A model generated the notes under the pieces. The model did not search any database. It was not told where the DNA came from and saw only the letters and a program-made list of their open reading frames with translations. This document shows, piece after piece, positions 15,062 through 23,925 of a DNA stretch of 24,000 bases. Origin of the DNA: Sulfuriferula sp. (GTDB lineage Bacteria > Pseudomonadota > Gammaproteobacteria > Burkholderiales > Sulfuriferulaceae); NCBI GenBank assembly GCA_031291235.1, contig JARLJL010000022.1, positions 458,355-482,354 on the forward strand, given 5' to 3'. A program made the translations under genes and the position numbers. Within the stretch, counting starts at the first letter, position 1, and each line of letters starts with the position of its first letter.

Positions 15062-15129
15062 TCCTAACGACTGAATTCACCGGACCTGCGCGGCTTTTCG
15101 CGCAGGTCCGGTGGAATGAGGGGTTAGTC
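15062..15129 (-). repeat. attC of cassette 2
   Basis: TCCTAAC ... ggacctgcgcggcttttcgcgcaggtcc ... GTTAGTC. The TAA stop of the two-TM ORF lies inside the GTTA core. Confidence 0.85.
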
Positions 15130-15633
15130 TTTTGGAGAAGGACCGTCATTGACGCCACCGGCTTTATCGGCCATGGAAGCGGGTTCATCCCCCCCTTCAT
15201 CCCCCCCTTCATCCCCCCCTTCATCCTCCCCTTCATCCTCCTCTTCAAGCGACAGAACATCAGGTGGGATGCGTTGACGGATTTTCTTGCACAACTCCTT
15301 AACCTCGCTTCTGGCTCGCCACCACGCAATCATGAGGTACGCGCCAAGCAAGATTCCTACCACGGCAATAATGATGAACGTAGTTTCGATAGACCGGTTT
15401 GCAAAGGTGGCTGTTTCAAGAGACGCGATTGCTGAGAATGCGAGCGATAGAAGAAAAATGGCGAAGTTCAGCTGTAGGTCTGCTGGAGTTCCTTTTTCCA
15501 GCGCGTCAAGCTCAGTGTCCTTGATCTCATAGAGATCGACCGATTCGACTCTACCCCTTCGCACACGAAGGGGTGTGCTGTCGTCAAGTTGTTTGTTGTT
15601 CTGGGCCATGGCTATAGGTTCTTCTTCAGCCAT
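15124..15633 (-). CDS. Two-TM membrane protein with acidic (DEGG)n tail (cassette 2, distal gene)
   Basis: 169 aa from ATG 15633, or 161 aa from ATG 15609. It has a charged N-terminus and two hydrophobic helices (LQLNFAIFLLSLAFSAIASL, TTFIIIAVVGILLGAYLMIAWW). A basic helix follows, then the tail EEEDEGEDEGGDEGGDEGGDE. I recognise no family. Confidence 0.65.
   Translation of the reverse strand: MAEEEPIAMAQNNKQLDDSTPLRVRRGRVESVDLYEIKDTELDALEKGTPADLQLNFAIFLLSLAFSAIASLETATFANRSIETTFIIIAVVGILLGAYLMIAWWRARSEVKELCKKIRQRIPPDVLSLEEEDEGEDEGGDEGGDEGGDEPASMADKAGGVNDGPSPKD
15184..15243. repeat. 12-bp tandem repeat (5 units, 3 perfect) containing C7/G7 tracts
   Basis: ttcatccccccc occurs three times (15184-15219), followed by ttcatcctcccc and ttcatcctcctc. 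This encodes the (GGDE)n acidic tail of the two-TM ORF. Confidence 0.9.
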
Positions 15634-15881
15634 TCGCTATGTTTGGAACTGATAGCACTACGCCACGCTGCTTCAGTCCCGGAGCGGATAACGAACAATC
15701 TATCTCCAGAAGCCAACACCTCTTTTAGGTGGTCGCGAATTTCAGCAGCTTTTTGGTCCGTGACGATCGCCCAACAGGTGTTATTAATCGGACAGTACTT
15801 CGGGTACGTCTTAAGACGCTCCCGTAAGCTCTGCCGAACAGCAAGCTGTTTTGCTTGAAAAGAAACGATGTAACAGGTCAT
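15612..15881 (-). CDS. Hypothetical small soluble protein (89 aa, cassette 2, proximal gene)
   Basis: Clean ORF inside cassette 15068-15918. Its stop is at 15612-15614, overlapping or abutting the start of the two-TM ORF. It opens MTCYIVSF and looks like alternating strands and helices. I recognise no family. Confidence 0.6.
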   Translation of the reverse strand: MTCYIVSFQAKQLAVRQSLRERLKTYPKYCPINNTCWAIVTDQKAAEIRDHLKEVLASGDRLFVIRSGTEAAWRSAISSKHSEWLKKNL

Positions 15882-15912
15882 TGTATAAATGTACCGTGTA
15901 TTTTGTACATAA

Positions 15913-15982
15913 GGCTAACGTGGTGGTAACCGGCGCTGCGCGGCTTTATCGCGCAGCGTCCGTGTTGACCGCAGGGTTAGAC
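15913..15982 (-). repeat. attC of cassette 1
   Basis: GGCTAAC-gtggt-ggtaacc-ggcgctgcgcggctttatcgcgcagcgtcc-gtgttgacc-gcagg-GTTAGAC. Confidence 0.85.
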
Positions 15983-16048
15983 CTCTGGCGGCCGCAAAGA
16001 AAGCGTTGCGCCTGCGCGATGAAGCTAGAGAGCCGATAAGTTTGCGCA

Positions 16049-16348
16049 CTAGCTCTCCTCGGTTCCCGCAACCAAGCGTTCAACCGTAGCCAAGAAGGCA
16101 GGCATTTCACTGAAACTCCCACCAAACCGTTCTCGAACCAAAGGCCCTTGATCCTTCCATTGGCCGGGAGCGCTTTCCACTTGAAGGAGACCGTGCCTCT
16201 CCTTTCCATCCCACACCAGGCGGAATCTCGGACCGCGCCCGGCAAATACGGCATAGGCAGAACCAAACGCCTCGGGGTTCAAGTGTTCTTCCACCAAGGT
16301 TCCACCTGCGCCACGGACAACTTCGCGGAGAGACGAGTACGCGTGCAT
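16049..16348 (-). CDS. Hypothetical protein (99 aa, cassette 1, attI-proximal)
   Basis: ORF starting 5 nt after the attI crossover core. It is visibly more GC-rich than the neighbouring cassettes. I recognise no family. Confidence 0.55.
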   Translation of the reverse strand: MHAYSSLREVVRGAGGTLVEEHLNPEAFGSAYAVFAGRGPRFRLVWDGKERHGLLQVESAPGQWKDQGPLVRERFGGSFSEMPAFLATVERLVAGTEES

Positions 16349-16353
16349 AAGAG

Positions 16354-16411
16354 GTCTAACGTGAAATATACACCGATTCGGTGTATATTAAATTCTCAAA
16401 ATCGGTGTATA
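16354..16411 (-). other. attI region: crossover core GTTAGAC (minus strand) plus three copies of a 10-12-bp box
   Basis: gtctaac (16354-16360) is the boundary of the first cassette. A perfect 25-bp palindrome AATATACACCGA-t-TCGGTGTATATT lies at 16365-16389. A third copy, TCGGTGTATA, lies at 16402-16411. Confidence 0.65.
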
Positions 16412-16564
16412 ACACGAATTCTCCCAACAAATTTCACGACCACATATCATAGACACTAGATCAGAAAATATTTAAAAAATAATTATTATCAATAATATAA
16501 ATAACAAACCAATAATTTTTTATGAATTCTGTTTTACGTTGATTAAGCTAGATAGGCACCTATA

Positions 16565-17551
16565 TTGGAAAATACAAACACACCTATTTTTACCTCTCCA
16601 AAACTACTCGATCAGGTACGCAATCTCATTAGGGTCAAGCATTACAGCATCCGTACAGAAACGCAATATGTGCAGTGGATAAAACGTTACATTTTATTTC
16701 ATAACAAGCGCCACCCGAGCGAAATGGGTGCAACGGAAGTTGCATCATTTTTGACTCATCTGGCGGTATCGGGGCATGTCTCATCCTCTACCCAGAACCA
16801 GGCGTTGTCTGCGATACTGTTTCTATATCGGGATGTACTGGGGGTGGACCTTCCCTGGTTAAAAGACGTGGTACGAGCCAAACAGCCGCAGCGTTTACCG
16901 GTGGTATTGACGCGTACAGAAGTGAGGGCAATTCTCGCCCGGATAAAAGGTGCACATGGTTTGATGGCACATTTACTATACGGTACTGGCATGCGTTTAA
17001 TGGAATGTGTGCGTCTGCGAGTGAAAGATGTGGATTTTGAACGCCTTGAAATTTTAATCCGCGATGGCAAGGGAGCGAAAGACCGCATCACCATGCTGCC
17101 GGATTCTATTGCGCCCCTACTGCAGGCGCATTTGGTACAACGGCGTGTATTATTTGACGACGATGCGCGCATGGGTAAGGTTTCAGTTTATTTGCCCGAT
17201 GCACTGGCGGTCAAATATCCTAACGCACCTCAAGAATGGGGCTGGCAATACATTTTTCCATCCGGCAGCTTTTCTGTTGATCCGCGTAGCGGCGTGGAAC
17301 GGCGACACCATATTGATGAGAAACTATTACAACGCGCGATGAAAAAAGCCGTGCAGGAAACTGGCATACCCAAGCCGGCAACGCCCCATACTTTGCGCCA
17401 CTCATTTGCTACACATCTACTGGAATCAGGTTACGATATTCGCACCATACAAGAGCTCCTGGGACATGCAGACGTGGCTACGACAATGATTTACACGCAT
17501 GTACTGAACAAAGGCGGGCGCGGTGTGACTAGCCCGCTGGATCAATTATAA
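16565..17551 (+). CDS. intI: Integron integrase IntI (tyrosine recombinase)
   Basis: 328 aa, collinear with IntI1 by eye (LLDQVR..IR..HYS.RTE..YV.WI; [19 protein letters not shown]; GKGAKDR; [12 protein letters not shown]; LLGH; IYTHV). It carries the IntI-specific insertion [21 protein letters not shown]. All catalytic R-K-H-R-H-Y positions are present. It has a TTG start with no clear SD. Confidence 0.95.
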   Translation: MENTNTPIFTSPKLLDQVRNLIRVKHYSIRTETQYVQWIKRYILFHNKRHPSEMGATEVASFLTHLAVSGHVSSSTQNQALSAILFLYRDVLGVDLPWLKDVVRAKQPQRLPVVLTRTEVRAILARIKGAHGLMAHLLYGTGMRLMECVRLRVKDVDFERLEILIRDGKGAKDRITMLPDSIAPLLQAHLVQRRVLFDDDARMGKVSVYLPDALAVKYPNAPQEWGWQYIFPSGSFSVDPRSGVERRHHIDEKLLQRAMKKAVQETGIPKPATPHTLRHSFATHLLESGYDIRTIQELLGHADVATTMIYTHVLNKGGRGVTSPLDQL

Positions 17552-17590
17552 CGACGATACCTGCCATCCACGAACGAATGACTGCTTCGA

Positions 17591-17914
17591 TCAAACCACA
17601 CCCAGAAACACCGCCAGCGCCCTGCTCACTGCCAGCATGTCTTCTTCTGCCATATGCCCGAATATCTCACCGATTTTTTCACGAGGAACGGTTTGCACCT
17701 TATCTACCATGATTTGGGATGTCTTACGCAGTCCGTTTGTCTCATTTGGTTCAACCGAAATGCGAAATAACGGTGTATCGCGCAAGTCACCCGTCACTGG
17801 CAAGATAGTCACGGATGGGTGCTCGGCAAATAGATCGGATTGGATAATCAGCGCGGGTCTTGGTTTGCCATAGGTGCCTTGCAAAGCAATTGTGACCAGA
17901 TCGCCGCGCCTCAT
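17591..17914 (-). CDS. mazF: Type II toxin, PemK/MazF family
   Basis: MRRGDLVTIALQGTYGKPRPALIIQSD...ILPVT....TPLFRI.V.P...NGL.K.SQIMVDK..TV.R.KIG is the PemK/MazF pattern. An ATGA overlap with the antitoxin stop favours a start at 17914; the track start is 17920. Confidence 0.85.
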   Translation of the reverse strand: MRRGDLVTIALQGTYGKPRPALIIQSDLFAEHPSVTILPVTGDLRDTPLFRISVEPNETNGLRKTSQIMVDKVQTVPREKIGEIFGHMAEEDMLAVSRALAVFLGVV

Positions 17915-18123
17915 TCCCACCCCTCGGTATCTGCAGCCGCTTCAAGCCAGCCCAACACATCAGTCTCTTGCGCGTCGTCGCGCAGCATTAGCGACTGACG
18001 ACGACATTCCGCTGCAAAATCGCTGCGGCGTGTATCCGGCACCCAAATCTGCACTGGGCGTAAGCCCGCCGCGCGTAATCCGGCACGGTGTTTTTGTACT
18101 CGTTCAGTCACATTTTTCCTCAT
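17911..18123 (-). CDS. Antitoxin, MazE-like (DUF3018 type)
   Basis: 70 aa. RVQKHRAGLRAAGLRPVQIWVPDTRRSDFAAECRRQS is the DUF3018/MazE-like antitoxin signature. It lies immediately upstream of the toxin and overlaps it. Confidence 0.8.
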   Translation of the reverse strand: MRKNVTERVQKHRAGLRAAGLRPVQIWVPDTRRSDFAAECRRQSLMLRDDAQETDVLGWLEAAADTEGWE

Positions 18124-18142
18124 CAGGTTCTCCTTTCAATTT

Positions 18143-18179
18143 GTTACATGTAACATCATAATGCAGCGTTACATGTAAC
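18143..18179 (-). promoter_or_regulatory. Twin palindromic operators GTTACATGTAAC x2 in the TA promoter region
   Basis: Perfect 12-bp palindromes lie at 18143-18154 and 18168-18179, centres 25 bp apart. They sit 20-56 bp upstream of the antitoxin ATG and bracket a TATGAT-like -10 on the minus strand. Confidence 0.55.
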
Positions 18180-18282
18180 ACAATCGACAAGCCGAGCCAG
18201 CGCCTCACCAGTGCATTATTCTTGCCTTTGCAGGCTAAATCTCGTTATCATCGACCGATACTTTTGATAATCGCCAACCGCA

Positions 18283-19587
18283 ATGACCATTCCCGACCAG
18301 ACCCGCGCTCAGGCGCAAGACCTCCTCAACTTTATCGACGCCAGCCCCAGCCCGTGGCATGCGGTGCAAAGCGTGGTGCAGCGCCTGCTGGCACAGGGTT
18401 ACAGCGAGCTGAAAGAAGCCGAACGCTGGTCGCTGGCAGCGGGCGGACGATATTTCGTGGTCCGCGGCGGCGCGTCGGTGATTGCGTTTCATCTGGGACA
18501 ACGCAGTCTGACTGAAGCCGGTTTTCGCATGATAGGTGCGCATACCGATTCGCCGGGACTGCGCCTGAAAACGCATACCGCCCAGGCCAGCGATGGCGTG
18601 GTCAGACTGGGCGTGGAAGTGTACGGCGGGCCTATCCTGGCGACCTTTACCGACCGCGACCTGAGCCTGGCCGGCCGCGTTAATATCCGCACTGCGGATG
18701 GCTTTGTCACCCGCCTGCTGAAATTCGACGCCCCGCTCGTGCGCTTGCCCAATCTGGCGATCCACATGAACCGCGAGGTCAATGAACAGGGCCTGAAACT
18801 GAACAAACAGACCGAGCTGCCGCTGATCTTCGGGTTGGCTGGCGACAAGCAGGATGCGCGCGAACAATTTCTCGGCCATATTGCAAGCGCGCTGGCGGTG
18901 AATGCCAGCGATATTCTGACCTACGAGCTGAATGTATTTGACACCCAGCGCGGCAGCTTCTGGGGTGCGGAGCAGGAATTCATCGCCGACAGCCAGCTCG
19001 ACAATCTGGCTTCATGCCATGCTGCGTTGACCGCCATGCTGGCATGCGAAACTACTGATGCGACCAATATCTGTGCGTTTTTCGACCATGAGGAAGTCGG
19101 CAGCGAGAGCGCCACCGGCGCGGGCGGCAGCTTTGCCCAGGATATGATTCAGCGCATTTCGGCGACTTTGGGACTGGATGAAGAGTCGCGGCACCGCGCG
19201 CTGGCGCAGAGCTTCTTTATCAGCGCTGACATGGCGCATGCCTACCACCCCAATTTCCCCAATGCTTACGAACCCAGCCATAGGGTAATGGTCAATGGCG
19301 GCCCGGTGATCAAAACCAACGCCAACCAACGTTACACCACCAATGCCGATACTGCGGCGCGCTTCATGACGCTGTGCGAAGCTGCGGGCGTGCCGGTGCA
19401 GCATTACACGCACCGTACCGACCTCGGCTGCGGCAGCACCATAGGGCCTATCATTGCGTCGCGTTTGGGGATAGCCAGTGTCGATGTGGGTTGCCCGATG
19501 TGGGCGATGCACAGCTTGCGCGAAAGCGCGGGAGTGCTCGATCACGGCTACATGATAGCAGCCATGCAGGCGGCGTTTAAGAGCTGA
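18283..19587 (+). CDS. apeB: M18 family aminopeptidase (aspartyl aminopeptidase-like)
   Basis: 434 aa. F..F...SPSPWHAV, IGAHTDSPGL.LK, FDHEEVGS.S..GA, ISADMAHA.HPN and GCPMWAMHS.RE are M18 signatures. Confidence 0.9.
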   Translation: MTIPDQTRAQAQDLLNFIDASPSPWHAVQSVVQRLLAQGYSELKEAERWSLAAGGRYFVVRGGASVIAFHLGQRSLTEAGFRMIGAHTDSPGLRLKTHTAQASDGVVRLGVEVYGGPILATFTDRDLSLAGRVNIRTADGFVTRLLKFDAPLVRLPNLAIHMNREVNEQGLKLNKQTELPLIFGLAGDKQDAREQFLGHIASALAVNASDILTYELNVFDTQRGSFWGAEQEFIADSQLDNLASCHAALTAMLACETTDATNICAFFDHEEVGSESATGAGGSFAQDMIQRISATLGLDEESRHRALAQSFFISADMAHAYHPNFPNAYEPSHRVMVNGGPVIKTNANQRYTTNADTAARFMTLCEAAGVPVQHYTHRTDLGCGSTIGPIIASRLGIASVDVGCPMWAMHSLRESAGVLDHGYMIAAMQAAFKS

Positions 19588-19593
19588 AGCGAT

Positions 19594-21464
<1,871 letters not shown>

Positions 21465-21465
<1 letters not shown>

Positions 21466-22454
21466 CAAGCCTTGTACTGTTTATATAATGCATCGACATA
21501 ACTTGCCATGCCTTGTTCCGCTTCGATCATGGGTGCGTCAAAGCCTGCCTGCCGCAACGCGCTGATATCCGCCCGGGTAAACGACTGGCGCCTGGCAGGA
21601 AAATCGACGTACTCGATCATGCCTTGCGCTTGCAGCCAGGCCAATTCCAATGCAGTCTTGCCGTCGAGTTGGCGACATTGGTTGATCACCGCGACAGCAA
21701 CATCGTTGGCGCTCAACGCACGCCCGGTACCGATATTGAAAATGCCGGATACCGCAGGATGATCGAGGAACCACATATTCGCCTGCACCACGTCATCGAC
21801 AGCCACGAAATCCCGGCACTGTTCCCCATTTGCCGTGCTTGCCGCACCTTTGAACAAGGTGACCTTGCCAGTTGTCATGAACTGATAAAAATACTGATAA
21901 ACGAATGAAGCTGCGTCAGCCTTGTGTTGCTCGCCCTGCCCGTATACATCGAAATAGCGCAATCCGACAATTTGCGCCGTTCTGTCGTCCCAAATGCGGC
22001 GCACGGCCTGATCGAACAGAAATTTGGAATAGGCATTGATATTCAGCGGCGATTCGTTCTGGCGCAATTCTGCAAAATCGTCACCCGCCCCGTAAACCTC
22101 GGCCGACGATGCATACAGAAATGCCGCCTGATTTTCCTGACAAAAATCCAGCATATCCATGGAGTAGCGGTAATTGTTTTCCATCACATAGCGCCCGTCG
22201 TCAGCCTGCGCATCGGTACAGGCGCCATGATGAAAAATGGCGGCTATTGCGCCGTCCAGCGCATTTTTGTGCATCAGTTGCAGAAAATCGGTTTTATCTA
22301 TGTAATCGGCCAGCTCGCAATCGACCAGATTGCGAAATTTATCGGCCCGGGTAAGGTTATCGACGGCAATGATATCGGTAACGCCCCGCGCATTCAGCGC
22401 CTTGACGATATTGGAGCCTATAAATCCTGCTGCACCGGTGACTACATAATACAT
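21465..22454 (-). CDS. hldD: ADP-L-glycero-D-manno-heptose 6-epimerase
   Basis: 329 aa. The N-terminal Rossmann motif is VTGAAGFIGSN. DNL....KF.NL, the YS/YxxxK region and overall length match HldD/RfaD. Confidence 0.9.
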
Positions 22455-22480
22455 GGCGTCTTTCCTGAAAATTGGTCGGA

Positions 22481-23410
22481 TTATTTGATGTGATAAAAAC
22501 GGTTTGCCAGCTCCTTACCGGGCGGCAAATTATCCAGCCTGTCGCCGACCGCTTCGCTCAGCATGCTGAAACGCACGTCGGGTGCCGGATGCGTCTTGAA
22601 TAGCAATGCCACACTGCTGTCGCCCGGCGCGACGTGACCGATTTCTTCCAGCACGGCAGGCAACCCATAAGCGTCGTAACCGGCACGGGCAGCCAGTACC
22701 AGCCCCATGCGATCGGCTTCGAATTCGGCATTCTTGTCCAGTTTGCGCGACATGATTTCGGCGCCGCTACCAATCAGGTTCTGTATGGTTTGCTGTCCGT
22801 TTACCTCGCGCCCCAGCGCCTGTGCACCTAAACCGATAAACTGGCTTTGCTGCATGATTTTAAGCTGATGCTTGCGTACTACGTGGGCAATTTCGTGTCC
22901 CAGCACGCCCGCAAGCTCAGATTCATTATTAAGTTTTCTGTACAAGCCTTTGGTTATAAATACATAACCGCCCGGTGCAGAGAACGCATTAATATCGTTG
23001 CTTTCGATTACGCCAAACTGCCAGGGCAGATCGGGACGTTCGCTTTGCAGCGCTACCCAGCGCCCGACTTCATTCACGTAATGTTGCAACCTGGCATCCT
23101 TGACCAGCGGCGAAGCGCCCAGCAGATTGCCGGCAAGCTGACGCCCGATCTGTACTTCGTCATCTACCGAATTCTGTTTCAAGGCACCCAGCAATACCGT
23201 GGCCGGGTCGATTTTCGTATCGCCTGCATTATTGCTGCCGGCCTTATCTGTGGTATTTGTCGTATTCTGATTCACCACATTGGCAGGCAATTGCTTGATC
23301 ACATTATTCAGATCGTTGAGATCGAATGCATTTGCCGCAGGCACAGCCGTCACGCTTGCCAATACCGCTATCAATATCATCTTCATCGTCATGACTTTAT
23401 CCCCGCTCAT
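22481..23410 (-). CDS. M48 family zinc metalloprotease (periplasmic)
   Basis: 309 aa with a signal peptide. The HEIAHV zinc motif (GVLGHEIAHVVRKH) and downstream E..AD are present. Alternative starts lie at 23392 and 23386. Confidence 0.85.
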   Translation of the reverse strand: MSGDKVMTMKMILIAVLASVTAVPAANAFDLNDLNNVIKQLPANVVNQNTTNTTDKAGSNNAGDTKIDPATVLLGALKQNSVDDEVQIGRQLAGNLLGASPLVKDARLQHYVNEVGRWVALQSERPDLPWQFGVIESNDINAFSAPGGYVFITKGLYRKLNNESELAGVLGHEIAHVVRKHQLKIMQQSQFIGLGAQALGREVNGQQTIQNLIGSGAEIMSRKLDKNAEFEADRMGLVLAARAGYDAYGLPAVLEEIGHVAPGDSSVALLFKTHPAPDVRFSMLSEAVGDRLDNLPPGKELANRFYHIK

Positions 23411-23925
23411 TCGTTATTGGCATTAGGATCGGGAAAATAGGCAACAGACTGCTTCACCAGCTTCCCTTGCCGGGCAAAGCTCTGCGCGGATGCCGCGCTT
23501 AACTTGTATCCGGCCAACTCTTTTATCCCTGCTTCGCTGAAATGCGCGGCTTTCAAATCCTCTTCGCTCAAGCCGCGTACACCGGCCGTCGCAACGATCT
23601 GCCCGGGCTGACGCTTTCCGGTCGCCATTTGCGCCACACCGGCTATATCGGACGCGGCACTACCGGTATAAGCTGCCGATGTGCGCACCGACAATATCCT
23701 TACCCAGCCTTGTGCTTTACCGCTGCTGATCTGTATCCAGCCGCTTTGTTTGGCGATAACATTCACCGTGCTGCCTTTAGCCAGGCTACCGACAATCGCG
23801 CTGCTGCTCGCCGGCTTGGCATGCATGGTTTCACTTTTGATTAACACGCCGTTTTGTGCCGCTGCCGCGGCGCTGCCAAACAACATCATGCAAAGCGCAA
23901 CGCTTATTCGTCGATTGAACATCAT
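23407..23925 (-). CDS. Secreted SH3 (SH3b)-domain protein
   Basis: The start is taken at MMFNRR (AGGAGA SD); the track ORF extends to 23982. It has a signal peptide, then an SH3b-like segment (..MHAKPASSSAIVGSLAKGSTVNVIAKQSGWIQISSGKAQGWVRI). ATGA coupling links it to the M48 gene. Confidence 0.65.
   Translation of the reverse strand: MMFNRRISVALCMMLFGSAAAAAQNGVLIKSETMHAKPASSSAIVGSLAKGSTVNVIAKQSGWIQISSGKAQGWVRILSVRTSAAYTGSAASDIAGVAQMATGKRQPGQIVATAGVRGLSEEDLKAAHFSEAGIKELAGYKLSAASAQSFARQGKLVKQSVAYFPDPNANNE

Larger units (their letters stand above)
12844..17551. mobile_element. Chromosomal integron: intI (+), attI, and six cassettes read on the minus strand
   Basis: An intact integron integrase is transcribed divergently from an array of six imperfect-palindrome attC sites (60-79 bp). 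On the + strand their ends read RYYYAAC ... GTTRRRY. Every interval holds minus-strand ORFs. Confidence 0.9.

Noticed and set aside
15024-15329. 101-aa minus-strand ORF with MKGG repeats.
   Set aside because: It is an alternative frame of the 12-bp tandem repeat. It crosses attC 15062-15129 and the cassette boundary and overlaps the TIR gene start.
12844-15982. Regularly recurring palindromic repeats could suggest a CRISPR array.
   Set aside because: The repeats are 60-79 bp imperfect hairpins with RYYYAAC/GTTRRRY ends. The intervals are 300-800 bp and contain ORFs. The adjacent gene is an integron integrase, not a cas gene. These are attC sites.
16148-16459. 103-aa + strand ORF.
   Set aside because: It is antisense to the first cassette ORF and reads through the attI crossover core and palindrome. 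It is implausible as a gene.
16412-16564. Looked for a LexA (SOS) box upstream of intI, as found in many integrons.
   Set aside because: The only CTGT is at 16530-16533, and it is not followed by ACAG after 8 nt. No CTGT-N8-ACAG-type palindrome occurs on either strand.
18235-19545. Long minus-strand ORFs (214 aa at 18235-18879, 119 aa at 18489-18848, 177 aa at 19012-19545) opposite the aminopeptidase gene.
   Set aside because: They are antisense shadow ORFs in GC-rich coding sequence. The + strand product has clear M18 peptidase motifs along its whole length.
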